This document shows positions 29,170 through 42,313 of a DNA stretch of 64,000 nucleotides, piece by piece (positions within the stretch are counted from its first letter, which is position 1; every line of letters starts with the position of its first letter). The position numbers and the translations under genes are program-made. The notes beneath the pieces were generated by a model. The model saw nothing but the letters and a program-made list of their open reading frames with translations, was not told where the DNA came from and did not search any database. Origin of the DNA: Eledone cirrhosa (Eukaryota); contig OZ024740.1 in the NCBI GenBank assembly GCA_964016885.1, positions 424,204,001-424,268,000 on the forward strand, read 5' to 3'.

Positions 29170-29694
29170 AAAAGTATTTTTGGTGAAATTTTATACATCC
29201 AACTTATTTCCCAACTCTCTTTCAATCTTCGTATTTTGATGTCTTGCTCCCCAGCCATAACCCACCTCTTTCTTATAATAATATCAAATATTAAATATAT
29301 GTTAAATATATTATTTATTCACTTATGAACATTTTACAAGCAATGGATTAATATAAAATTAGACAAAGGCATTTCTGACACAAGCATCTAGTATTTTTTG
29401 TCATGATATGGTAAATCTAAGACTACAAGGAGTTCAGTTTTCTGTAAAATAGAGTGGTTATAAATATCCTAACCATTATTTCTGATATAATTTCATGCAG
29501 AATTACTATCAGTGCATTATTTACTGGGAAACACCAGGTAGCACATCTAATATATATATATATGTGTGTGCAAGGAGTTCGATTTTCTGAGTTCAAGATG
29601 AAGTAGATGGTATATTGTAAAAACACAGATCTATGTTACAAATATCATAACTATTATTTCATGCAGAACTACTATCAGTGCATTATTTACTTGG

Positions 29695-29851
29695 ACACCA
29701 TGCGTTCTAGCATAGTTACGTCCCTTTACGGTCTGAGTTCAAATCCCGTTGAGGTTAACTTTGCCTTTCATCCTTATGGGGTCGATAAAATGAAGTACCA
29801 GTAATGTACTGAGTAATTTGCTGGCCTTGTGCCAAAAGTAGAAACAATTAT
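29695..29851 (+). mobile_element. SINE family A
   Basis: Consensus match. Confidence 0.85.
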
Positions 29852-31434
29852 TTACTGGGCAACATCGGGTAGCACATCTAATAATTATAACTTTATTATA
29901 TAGAAACTACGTAATATGACAGATGCAATTTGGTGGCTGTTGAGGTCCATATTTGGTTTGCAGAATTTGGAGGGTAAGTCACAAGTTTAGCAGGAGTCAT
30001 GAGTTGGTATTCAGTTTAGGGTGTTTGGTCAGTAATTGTGGACAGATTGGAACAATAACGGTCTTATTTACACCTATATATATGTGTACATATGTGTGTG
30101 TGTTGATATAAATAGCTAGAAATAATTATTATACCTATATAGCAGATTAGATCTTGTGAGGTGGTTTTCAAAATCTATCCAACGCCATCTACAACCAACC
30201 AATCACCCAATTAGTGAGTCTACAATATATATCAGCGATGGGGTTGCAAAAGAGGCGACCATCAGCCAAGTTTTGATTTGATGAATGTCGAAGTAGAAGT
30301 GATTAACGGCTTAAGTTAATATTTACAATGTTCCCCGGAGGAGAGGAATATTCCGGATAACCTAACTAGCAGGATTTATGGAAAACTGATTTTTATGAAC
30401 TTACACCTATTGCATGTATATATGTGTGTGAAGGGTATGTGTGTGAAATTAAATTGGAGTGAGAAAGAAAGAGATTAGATGTGAAAATGAGATGAAGAGA
30501 GAGAGAAAAAGAGAGAGAGAGAGTGAGGGATAGAGGGGGGGGGGGGAGAAAGGCTGTATCTGAAGTAGTCGAGCGTATTAAATTATTAACAATTTAATAT
30601 CATACAAGGCATTAAATAACTTGATGGAAATTTAGAAGAAACACCCCTTTCTGAAACCCCTCTTTCTCTCTCTCTCTCATATATATACACACACACACAT
30701 ATATTTATTTCCTTGACCCACCTTACACTTCTAGATTTATCCTATCAGATAACTGACTGTATTCAAGCAGGCGGGAGTAGAGGATTGTGTATAGGATGAG
30801 AATACTTGAAATCCTTAGTGAATGATTCAAAAATTAGAAAAACATGCCATATTAAGGCCTGTAATACAAAAGATGAACACACGGTAATAACTGATAGTAA
30901 AACAGGACTAAATGTTATTATCAAAGTTCTGATTATTGCTATGACATCTCAGTTTACTTTCCATTTAACCTTCTGTGAATTTCATAAATAAAGTGCCAGC
31001 AAATATAATATACATGTCTGCGTATGTGTGTATATATGTGTGCGTGAATATATATATATACATATACACACACACATACAAGGTTTACAAAAATTGTTGA
31101 TATTAACTCAACAGTCTCCGGCCAGCGACACACTCACTCAATGAATCTGCAAGATGGCAGTAATGATACTGCATCGGGTAGTTGAGACTGCACACATTTT
31201 AGTTAATAGTAAGTACAGAGACTCTAGCTGTTGAAACAGCAACAGCTCAGCCATTGGATCCCAATTCTTTATAATATAACCATACTCTACTACTTCAAGT
31301 ATCGAGTACTCTGTTGAGTAATGGTCTAACCAGTTTCAAACAGAATCCATCCTGATTTATATATATACACACATGTTTGTGTGTTTAATAGGTTTATGTT
31401 TGTATATGTATTTATCATCATCAACGAAAGAATG

Positions 31435-31723
31435 AGCAAAATAAAGTACCAATAACACAGTGGGGTCAATTTAATTGACTTTCACCTCCCCCAAAATTGT
31501 TGGCTATGTGCCTAAATCAGAAAACATTATTATGGAGGATTGGCAGTATCAGTAGAGGGTCGGACGCCATGCTTTGATGCAAAGAGTTACGGCCCATTCC
31601 ATTCTGAGTTCAAATCCCGCCGAGGTTAACTTTGCCTTTCATCCTTATGGGGTCGATAAAATAAAGTACCAGTAATACACTGGGTAATTCTGGCCTTGTG
31701 CCAAAAGTAGAAACAATTATTAT
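31435..31723 (+). mobile_element. SINE family A tandem (partial + full)
   Basis: Consensus match; second copy starts after the (ATT) tail of the first. Confidence 0.85.
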
Positions 31724-32789
31724 GTATGAAGTGTGGAAAATAATACAATTATAACTGAAGGCTCTTAGATAATTAGAAACATTTCAAATAAAGTTTTGTC
31801 ATAGAACCAGAGGCAATTTCAGGCAGTTTTGTATTCAAAGTGGTGTGTGTGTGTGTGTGTGTGTGCACGTGATCATCACCAAGTTTTTCATGTATAATTT
31901 CTATGCTTGTATCGGTTAGATGGGTTGTTACATTCTGAGGCTAGACAAGTGAAATGACCACGCCTTGCCTGTATGTTCTAATTTGGCATGGTTGTTATGG
32001 CTGGATGCCCTTCCTAAGGCCAGCCACTTAATTGGATGCATTTTATCATGCCACCAACACTACCAGCTTACATTATATATGTGTGTATGTGTGAAGACCA
32101 CGGCAAACAATAGATCCAAGGACATCCACCTAAATATCAGATCAGTGCTACTGTTAAATGCCAGAGGTCTTTTAAAATTTAACAACAAGGTTAAGTTTCT
32201 CTACCTGTGAGACCTTTTGACATGCAATCATGTGATATGCATGGCACATACAGAAAATATATCTAACAGCTCAGAAGGTAGATGTGGAAATATACATATC
32301 AAAGTGTATTTCATGTTGAAAGGAAAGTAGTAATGGTGGCACTGTGATATACAACCAGGAAGATCTGCTCCCAGTATTGCTGTCATATTCAGTTTATAAC
32401 ACAATAAAATACACATTACAACAACTCAAAATTCTAATATATACCACACATATCATCCATCAGGCACCCTTAATCATGAAGATAAAGTTGAAGATAGCTC
32501 TAAAAACATAGGAGTAGAAAAGAAAACTAGATCAAAGCATAAATATACTTCCAGCTAGCTGGAGAGGGATTCAGAAAGAGATCCTCAAAGAAAAATGGCC
32601 TGAAGGTCTCTCTATATATATAAGACATTGACAGAAAATTTAAGCAATTTATGACAATAATGTAAGCCATATGAATGGAATTTAGAGAAAGGCTCATAGA
32701 CACAAATATATAATTCCCAGAGATATAAAAGTTCTTAGGAGACAAAGAATAAATTCTCAAGTCACTTAAATACACAATTAAGACACACA

Positions 32790-32863
<74 letters not shown>

Positions 32864-33039
32864 TGTGCGTGCACTAGCTGAATTAATAGCTTTTTGGTGG
32901 TTTCCTGTTGGCCTATCCATATATTATATATAATACTCACACAAACACATGTATTACATTTAGTAAATTTATCTAATGCTGGTGCCACAATAAAATGCAC
33001 TTAGTCAGCTCTGTAACATTCTATAGTCATAAGTACCTA

Positions 33040-33422
33040 GGGTTGGACGCCATGCTTTCTAGCATAATTATGTCCCTTTATGGTCTGAGTTCAAATCCTG
33101 CCGAGGTTAACTTTGCCTTTCATCTTTACGGGGTCGATAACATAAAGTACCAGTAATGTACTGAGTAATTGCTGGCCTTGTGCCAAAAGTAGAAAGAATT
33201 ATTTAAAAGAGGTGGTAGATTGACAATATCAGTGGAGTGCTTTGTAGCATAGAGCTTCGGCCCTTCATGTTCTGAATTCAAACCCCACCAAGGTAATCTT
33301 TGCTTTCCGTCCTTACAGGGTCGATAAAATAAAGTACCAGTAATGCACTGGACTTTAATGGACTTTCCCCTCCCCAAAAATTGCTGGCCTTGTGCCTTTA
33401 GTAGAAATCATCATTATTATTA
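33040..33422 (+). mobile_element. Two tandem SINE family A copies
   Basis: Short and long tail variants head-to-tail. Confidence 0.85.
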
Positions 33423-33964
33423 GTAGTAGTAGCAGCAGTAGTGGTGGTAGTAGTGGTAGTAGTAGTGGTGGTAGTAATAGTAGTAGAAGTCAAAGGGTCA
33501 AATTCATAGTAACGTTTGGCAACAGTAGTGACATATTGGAAAAAGCTCAAAAACCTCAACAAGGCATATGAAATGTTGAACTGAACAGTAATAATTCTGC
33601 CATAGAAGCAACAAATAAAAACAGATACCAGAACAACTGGAACCAGAAAGGCGACAAAGAGAACAAAATGTCGCTACACAAATGATAGAAATAGAACTAC
33701 TAAAATTACAAAACCAAACAAACAGATAAAAATTTCAAAATTATTGATGAGCACGTTCATAATGAGTTTAGTAAATAGTTGGGATTACTTCTTGAAAATA
33801 TTTCCAAAATATGGAAAGAGAAATGCGAAATGGAAGAGAGCTAAACTCCTTCCTATGTTGGGAAAACAAAGCAACAATTCGTTCCAAAAATAATTTAAAA
33901 AACCCAACAGAGTTCCAATAACCTTTTCCTGAAGAAAACAGAATTTAAAACATATATAAAAGAG

Positions 33965-34208
33965 AAAACTCTGTTAGTAAGGACATGTGATGCACATGGA
34001 TGAAGAAGTGCCAGGAAATGCCAGTGGAAGGAAGCCACAGTAGAAGTAGACCGAGAAAGACCGGGGCAGAGGTGGTGAGAGCTGATCTCAAAGTGCTGAG
34101 ACTCACAGAGGAGATGGCGAAAAAACACAATGAGTGGAGAGATGTTGTGCTGAGAAGGACCGTCCAACCCATGCAAGCTTGGAAAAATGCATGTAAAATA
34201 GATGATGA
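33965..34208 (+). mobile_element. Old RTE 3' fragment (subfamily 3, short 3' UTR)
   Basis: KKCQEMPVEGSHSRSRPRKTGAEVVRADLK...WRDVV then AACCCATGCAAGCTTGGAAAA; sibling at 58.5 kb (-). Confidence 0.75.
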
Positions 34209-34569
34209 AACTGACAAAATATCTTAACGTCCATTTTACATTGTTTAGCCTTCTTACATATATCACTTTCGACATTATATATTATATACAATGCTTCCAG
34301 GAAACTACATTTTATTAAAATAGTAATCAATTTAAGTAATTTGATAAGAGAGTCACTAATTCCAAAGTAGATCAACTTCAAATAAGTCTGCAAGATAGAC
34401 ATAAAACAACAAGAAATAACACCCAAAGTAGACATAGCAACTTTTCTTGAGAATAAAAAACAACCAAAGAAATCTCTCCAGAACTCAGCTAAGGAACATA
34501 AAATATGAAAACAGATGCTACAAACTTAGGCGACAAGGTCCCTCTGCTAAGTGCTCTAATGAAATAATA

Positions 34570-34762
34570 TACAAGTGGGTGCTGAAAAGTTCTTTGCATT
34601 AAGGGTATTACGAAAGGGTGGAGCTGTTACCTTTACAGGGAAGGTAGGACCACTACAATAAGTGTGTGAATCAGAGGGGAATATGTTGAATAAAATCATA
34701 ATTAACTGATCCTCCTGTATTTTCTTTACCCAAACCCAGGAACTTTTCAACACTCCCTCGTA
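34570..34762. mobile_element. Tc1/mariner-type MITE remnant
   Basis: TA-flanked imperfect TIRs TACAAGTGGGTGCTGAAAAGTTC ... GAACTTTTCAACACTCCCTCGTA. Confidence 0.7.
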
Positions 34763-35405
34763 CAAATAACTGAAACCAATACAATTGCAGGAATTGGTTT
34801 TTCGATAATGTCCAGAGGAACCAAACAGGAGAAATCAAAAATAAGAAAATTTATATATTTATCAAAGAAAACATTTAACAAAACAAGAAGCCAATATATT
34901 AGTATGTATGGTCCTGGAACTCTTGGTAGAGACATCGGGATGCTGTATTGACATACAACTTTTATTTGGCATTTTAAGCCTGGCGGAGCCCATCCCTCTC
35001 CAGGCCTGAATACAGCAGATTTCTTCCAGAGAAAGATAGAAACTGAGACAGAGGAAATGAGAAAGAGATAAAATAGTAGTAAATGGGCTAAAATTTACTC
35101 CAAGCCATCTAAGAACTAACTATAATGGCATTAAAGACAACATTTCAGAATTCTCAGAAAATTGCGATTTAAGGAAGAATTATTTGATAACAATGACAAT
35201 GATAAGTGGATTGTTAGAAACAAAAGTAATTCTTCACCAAAAAAGTAGGAATAAAATGTTTGATGATTTATTTGACCATATTTTGAACTTCCGATATTAA
35301 AATACATGCAAAGAAAGAGTCAAGTGAAACTTAAGGAAAAACATAACTGAATTTGAGAATAAGGGATTGACAATTAAACAAAGCTGTTGAAGGTGGAGCA
35401 GTTGC

Positions 35406-35620
35406 TAACCCTTTAGTTACCAACCTGGCCAAAATAGGCTCTGGTGCTACGAAACAAAAACACCCATTTTAAAGATTTCCAACATAATTTTATATAAGAA
35501 CTTTTAAGTTACTATCTTCGTAATGAAATAATTGAGGATTTTAATAAATCCTTCAAAATTCTTCATTAATTAATTAAAATAGGGTGTATTTCATTAGAAA
35601 TGTGGTCATGAAAGGGTTAA
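35406..35620 (+). mobile_element. TTAA-flanked MITE family M1
   Basis: Termini AACCCTTT...AAAGGGTTAA (piggyBac-like CCC..GGG ends); internal homology to 51567-51801 and 55769-55975. Confidence 0.75.
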
Positions 35621-35716
35621 AATAGGTTGAGAGATATAATAAAAACATGTTAAAAGAGGCAACTTAGATATGTTTAAATTATCTTTTGAAAATAGTTACT
35701 CTTGGGTCCCGTAATG

Positions 35717-35750
<34 letters not shown>

Positions 35751-35752
<2 letters not shown>

Positions 35753-37060
35753 CATCATCATCACCACCGTTTTACGTTCGTTCTTCCACGCTAGCATGGG
35801 TTAGACGGGTTGTCCTGTTGCGAACAGTGTCCGGTCGGCTGACCTTGTCTTGCTCATACGGCAACTGATTCTGGCTTGATTTCTACAGCTGGATGCCCTT
35901 CCTAACACCAACCTCATTTACAGTGAGTGCTGGGTGCTTTTTTCCGTGGCGCCTACACGTCCACTTTACAGTGTGGGCTGAATGCATTTTTGCCGTGGCA
36001 CCTCCACGACCACTTTGCAGTTGGAGGGTGTGGGGCATATTATCTATATGCTTCAGCTTGTACCCGTGGGGGGTCGGGTCTTCTGTATTACTGCACGACG
36101 TCAGAGGTTACGGCTGTATATCATCGCCTTTGAGAGGTGTAATTGGGTAAGGTAAGCTTTTATCACCTCATCCCAGGTCTTCTTGGGTCTCCTCACTCCG
36201 CGGTTTCCATCGACTTCTAGTGCTCTGCACCTTTTTATGCAGCTGTCATCCTTCATACGCATCACATGTCCATATCAACGCAACCGCCTCTCCTGCACAC
36301 AGCATTTGATTCCTCTTATGCTCAGTCTCTCTCTCGATTTGTTTATGCTTTGCCATTCGCGTATATTACTATTACACATCCATCGGAGCATGCAGGCTTC
36401 GTTTCTTTCTAATCTGCGGTCTTCCACAGACAGCGCCCAGGTCTCACTACCATGTAACATTGCTGTTCGTATACACGCATCATACAGTCTGCCTTTCATT
36501 TTGAGGGAAAAGCCTTTTACAGCTAGCAGTGGCTCCCTGAACTTCTTCCATCCCGTTCTTACCCTAGTTATTGTACTTTCCGAACACCCACCTCCGCTGC
36601 TAATTCGGTCACCTAGGTAGCAGAAGCTGTCTACTGTTTCTACAGAGCCCTCCCAGAGTTTGGTGGTACTTGTTTCCTGTGGCTGTTTGCTGCCTCAGCA
36701 CAGCTGTTGTTACATGTGAAGCCTACATTCTAGGTTAAGCTTCCTGAGATCCCGCTACATCTCTTGTGTACCCATTGTTTGCATTTGGGGCAGAGAATGG
36801 AGTTCCTACCTACACCTTTCCTACATACTGAGCAAGGCCATTTCTCTGAGGGGATCTGGGTTCTGTTTTCTCGTCTACTTACAAGGGTTTTAGTCTTTGT
36901 CAGGTTGGCTTTGAGACCCTTTCTTTCTAGTCCCTAGTTCTACCATAGATTCAGCTATAAGTGCGAGGTCATCTGCATACAGGAGTTCCCATGGGCATCC
37001 GGTCTTAAACTCCTTCGTTATTGCCTGCAGGAACAGGAGAGGGCTAAGAACAGAGCCCTG
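35751..37060 (-). mobile_element. 5'-truncated RTE LINE (subfamily 2)
   Basis: Includes LQAITKEFKTGCPWELLYADDL, Cys-rich finger, C-terminus and (GAT)n tail; closely similar to the 12.5-kb copy. Confidence 0.93.
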
Positions 37061-37211
37061 AAAAGGCAACTGAAGTCTTTTAAGAATATTTATTTATTTA
37101 CTGGTTTCAACAGAAACACAAACCCTCCATCTCAATTTTATTTTTGAAAATCATCAGAACTATGAAACTGGTAAATAAATAAATATTCTTAAAAGATTCC
37201 AGTTGCATTTT
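37061..37211. repeat. ~49-bp imperfect inverted repeat, ~53-nt spacer
   Basis: AAAAGGCAACTGAAGTCTTTTAAGAATATTTATTTATTTACTGGTTTCA vs TGAAACTGGTAAATAAATAAATATTCTTAAAAGATTCCAGTTGCATTTT. Confidence 0.85.
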
Positions 37212-37249
37212 CAATTTCTTTTCCTTATACTTTCACCCGCGTGGGACAT

Positions 37250-37321
<72 letters not shown>

Positions 37322-38248
37322 TAGCATGGAAGATAGACATTAAAAGATGATGATGATATATAATATTATAAAAATTATGCACATATAAATTAAGTTACCC
37401 CTAGCTTTGTTGCATGAAAATCAAAAACTAAACATACAGAACTGACATATGCCTTATGAGACTTACATGGTTTTCTATTTAACTTATTTATTATACTAAC
37501 GCTGATGCCTTTGTTTTTAAGTTGTCTCTTCTACCTTTTACCATTTAAATACTAAATATTTCTAGTGATGGTCAGTGATATGAAAGAAATTAAGAAACAG
37601 CTTTTCTTTTTGTGGCTATGAATTAGATTTAGAAATTTATATTCAGGGAAAAAAAAAGTTATTTTGTCTCATAATATTAAAACTGTTCAGTAGTGTTTGT
37701 GATGATAGTGGCCATAGGAATTTTTGGGGGTATGGTGGAGGAGGGTGGAGAATGGTGGATGAGGATGGTGGTGAGGGTGGGGGAATGTGGAGGATGGGGG
37801 TACTGCAAGTTCATGATTTTGATGGCCTATTTATTTCCTCTTTCACTCTCTCTTGTCTTCCTCTCACTATTATTTACTCTTTCTCTCTCCCTCTCTTGTC
37901 TTCCCCTCACTATTTACTTACTTTCTCTCCTTTTTCTTTTATTTATTTACTTGATTATTCAGTTTTTTTAACCACTCCCTATAAAGTCACTCTTCAGCAA
38001 TTGCCCCTGGGGCTATACTAAAGAAATCATCATCATTTAAATAATAACAATAACAATAAAAACAATAATAATGATATTTGTTGTTGTTGTTCTTCAATTT
38101 TTCCCTACTACCCCCTCCCCGGACCCAACCCTGCCTACCAAAACTCCTCTCTACTAATTTTTCAACTGCCCCAAGCCTCAATAGGTTTGGCTTATATATC
38201 TCTTATTAACACACACGCACTCTCCTTATATATATATATATATATATA

Positions 38249-38437
38249 TAATTGTTTCTACTTTTGGCACAAGGCCAGCACAATTACCCAGTGCATTACT
38301 GGTACTTTATTTTAATCACCCCGTAAGGATGAAAGGCAAAGTTAACCTCGGCGGGATTTGAACTCAGATCATAAAGAGAGGTAATTCTATGCTTCAAAGC
38401 ATGGCATCCGACCCTCTACCGATACTGCCAATCCACC
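38249..38437 (-). mobile_element. SINE family A
   Basis: Consensus match. Confidence 0.85.
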
Positions 38438-38721
38438 GTATATATTTGTGTATTCATTTAATGTGCCAGGTGATCGCAAGGTTAAACCCCCAGCTATTGG
38501 TGGTACTCATTTTCAGCTGAGTATAATGGAGCAATGTGAAATGAAGTATATATATATATATATATAAAATGAAGAATGGTTTTGTGAAGAACAGAAGGAA
38601 ACTCCAGTTAAGGAACTGAAAATGTCAATAGAGAGGCTACATATTTATTTGATATAGAAAGGACTTCTACAAAACTAAAATTGTTTTATTTTTCTGACTC
38701 TCTTTCTCTCTCCACACACAC

Positions 38722-39126
38722 TGAGATGAGGTGATAAAAGCTGCACCTCTCAAAGGCAATGAATGACACAGAACCGAGACCTCTGGCGTTACGTAGTGAT
38801 ACAAAAGGTACACGCCGGAAGTTGAAGCATATAGACAGTATGAACCCACACTCTCCCACAATAAAGTGGTTGTGTAGGTGTCACGATAAAAAAAAATCAC
38901 CCAGTCCACTGTAAAGTGGTTGTGTAGGTGTCATGGTAAAAAGCACCCAGTACTCACTGTAAATGAGGTTGGTGTTAGGAAGGGCATCTAGCTGTAGAAA
39001 CCAAGCCAAAATCAGTCCTGTATGAGCAAGACATGGTCACTTGACCTGGCATTGCCCACAACAGGACAACCCGTCTAAACCATGCTAGCGGGGAAGAATG
39101 GACATACAATGGTGATGATGATGATA
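38722..39126 (+). mobile_element. RTE 3' fragment
   Basis: GAGACCTCTGGCG...GGTGTTAGGAAGGGCATC...ACCATGCTAGC...(GAT)n. Confidence 0.85.
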
Positions 39127-39200
39127 TATAGTGTGTATTGTTTTACTGATTTCAGTAAATGTACACAAAGACAAGGCCACAGAACACACACATTCATAAC

Positions 39201-39249
<49 letters not shown>

Positions 39250-39434
39250 TTTATTGTGACTGAAAGTATTTGAATTAATGATATAATAGGTTGGAACATA
39301 ACAATGCTATACTGCTTTTGATATCCACTGCCCTTTAAATACTACAACTAATAATAATAATATTAATTATAATAGTTATAATAATGTTTTCTTTATTAAC
39401 CACAAAAAGCATAACATTAACCACAAAAAGCATA

Positions 39435-39822
39435 ATATTTGTTTCTACTTTAGGCACAAGGCCAGCAATTACCCAGTGCATTACTGGTACTTTATTTTAT
39501 CGACCCCGTAAGGATGAAAGGCAAAGTCAACCTCGGCAGCATAATATTAAGGACAGGACAGGATGGTTATAATAATAGTTGTTTCTACTTTTGGCACAAG
39601 GCTAGCAATTACCCAGTGTATTACTGGTACTTTATAATAATAATTGTTTCTACTTTTGGCACAAGGCCAGCAATTAACCAGTACATTACTGGTACTTTTC
39701 TTTTATCGACTCCGTAAGGATGAAAGGCAAAGTTGACCTCGGTGGGATTTGAACTCAGATCAAAAAGGGAGGTAATTCTATGCTTCAAAGCATGGCGTCT
39801 GACCCTCTACCGATACTGCCAA
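39435..39822 (-). mobile_element. Cluster of three SINE family A copies/fragments
   Basis: Repeated GTTTCTACTTT(A/T)GGCACAAGG. Confidence 0.85.
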
Positions 39823-39978
39823 GTAATCACCCCGCTTTTCTCCAACTAGACATAATATTATGAAGCCTCATCCCTCAACTGCCTCACAAAATTTGCCCAA
39901 AATGCATTGGTACAAACAAAACCCCCAAAACCCAGTCTTCAATGACAAGACAGCTCTAATAATATTCTATAAAACTGG

Positions 39979-40187
39979 TTAACCCATTAAAATTTACATT
40001 ACTCTTATTTACTATTATATTTCCACAGTAAACACAATGATCTCGCATAATATTGAATCAATGAGATTTTGATATTTATTTTGAGAACAATACCTTAACA
40101 TCAGTATGAGCAGCCAGTTACGGCTGGTTTGAACAGAAAGAGATGAGAGAATTCTGGCTGGATATGGCCAGTTTAAATGTTAATGGG
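39979..40187 (-). mobile_element. TTAA-type MITE family M2
   Basis: Reverse complement of 50829-51038; termini TTAACCCATTAA..TTAATGGG. Confidence 0.75.
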
Positions 40188-40196
40188 CCAAGGGCC

Positions 40197-40457
40197 TCAC
40201 AGAATTTGCCACAAATGCAGTGATACAATCAAAACCCCAAACCCCAGTCTTCAATGAAAAGACGGCTTTAATAATTGTTTCTACTTTAGGCACAAGGCCA
40301 GCAATTACCCAATGCATTACTGGTACTTTATTTGTAATGCACTGGGTAATTGCTGGCCTTGTGCCTAAAGTAGAAACAATTATTAAAGCCGTCTTTTCAT
40401 TGAAAACTGGGGTTTGGGGTTTTGATTGTATCACTGCATTTGTGGCAAATTCTGTGA
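40197..40457. repeat. 124-bp inverted duplication, 13-nt spacer, 2 mismatches
   Basis: Arms 40197-40320 and 40334-40457, each containing non-SINE flank plus a SINE-A 3' end. Confidence 0.95.
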
Positions 40458-41195
40458 ATAATATTCTAGAAAACTGTTTAATACAGACATTAGAAGGTGT
40501 AAATATGCAGGGTCCATGTAAATATGAAGGATCAGTGTAAAGTCAGTAGAGGTGTGAACATAATGGAATATAAACTAAAAGCCCCACAATAGTGGTATTA
40601 GGTCAGGAAGTTGACACACACTGTACACCAATAGATTATATATAAACATCTATCACTGCTACTGCTACTACCAACACTACTAATACTAGTCACTTCCAAT
40701 ATCATTACTACTACTAACTTATTGCTAATACTACTACTACCACCACCACTAACAACACACCTCCACCATGATGACTTCAATCACCACCACCACCACCACC
40801 ACCACTTCAACCACCACTACTACTACTAGTGGTGGGATTCTAATATAGAAAACCCTGGTGAAACAATATAACATATAGCAGGCTAAAAGGTTATGACCTT
40901 TGCTATCTGCAAATATGTATAATAGTTGAGGCCAACACAGACAGAGATGAGATTGAAATGGGGTAGGGGAAGATTGAAAGAAATTTGGTGGCAGTACCCC
41001 AGTGTAGTTGTTTACATCTTACAAAGCCTTTAGAATATTCTGGCATTAGAATAGTACAGAATCATCATCTTCTTCTTCCACGCTAGCATGGGTTAGACTG
41101 GTTTGTCCCATTTAGAGGCACACTCATATAGGACTGTTTCTGGCTGGTTTTCTACGGCTGGATGCCCTTTCTAGTGCCAACCACAATTACAGTAT

Positions 41196-41525
41196 ATTTT
41201 CATTTTACGTCCAATTTTTCCCTGCTTGCAAGGGTGGGACGGGAACTGATGGTGGCTTGATTTCTACAGCTGGATGCCCTTCCTAACACCAACCTCATTT
41301 ACAGTGAGTCCTGGGTACTTTTTTGCTGTGGCACCTCCATGATCACTTTGCAGTGGAATGTGATATGGACCCCAGTCCTATCATCTCATTTCTACAGCTG
41401 AGTAAACTGGAGCAATGTGAAATAAACTGTCTTGCTCAAGGAAACAACATCACCCGGTCTGAGAATTGAACTCACAACCTTTTGATTACAAGGCCAGTGC
41501 TCTAACCACTAAGCCATGTGCCTCC

Positions 41526-41526
<1 letters not shown>
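41196..41526 (-). mobile_element. Full-length SINE family C (tRNA head + CORE-like + RTE 3' tail)
   Basis: Minus: TGGCTTAGTGG (A box), GAGTTCAATTCT (B box), TCCTTGAGCAAGACA (CORE-like), then ACTCACTGTAAATGAGGTTGGTGTTAGGAAGGGCATCCAGCTGTAGAAATCAAGCC matching the RTE subfamily-2 3' UTR. Confidence 0.85.
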
Positions 41527-41562
<36 letters not shown>

Positions 41563-42230
41563 ATATCCCAACCACTTAGCGCCGTGGTCGGGATTTTACA
41601 TATCTCTATACTCACTCTGCCTAGAGTACTCCCATGAATAGTGGTGTTCCCAGTCTCAGCACCAGAGACTCTTTAAAAATATATATATAGAATCAAACAC
41701 ATACACAAACATGTGTGTGTGGAGGGAGGAGGAGGGGGGTGGGGGGGTTATACGGTGTTTAACTATTTTTAGTCGGTGAACAAAGGGACTTCAACTCCAA
41801 GGAAGGAAGGTATCCTCAAAACAGAAGAATGGCCTGAATACTGGCAGCAAAGTGGATTCTGCTGAAGGTACCCAATGGACCAGGCAATGGTTTAAGTCAA
41901 CCACTTCAGTTGTCTAGAACAGAATTTTGATATCAAAACACAAAGAACAACCACCAGAAAAACACTTCTACCGATGCTCTACCAATTCTACTCATCGTGG
42001 GTAAAATTTGGAAAACAGAGATTGCAGAATACTGTTGTTTATCTGAGTGTGCTTGTGTATCCCAAGGGAGCTGTGTGTGTATGCATATATATACACAGAA
42101 TCCTGTCATTTATGCGTGTATATGTGTGGGTATATCACATGCACCCCAATAGAGAGAGAGAAAGAAAGAGGCATAGATAGATAAAGAAAGATGTGTATCC
42201 CATGCATCTCACTTGAGAGACACATACACT

Positions 42231-42313
<83 letters not shown>

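Noticed and set aside
31140-31250. Possible decayed hammerhead (CTGCAAGATGGC..GCTGTTGAAAC)
   Set aside because: Core is broken and no stem I pairing found
40180-40540. Two near-identical ORFs on opposite strands
   Set aside because: Consequence of the 124-bp inverted duplication
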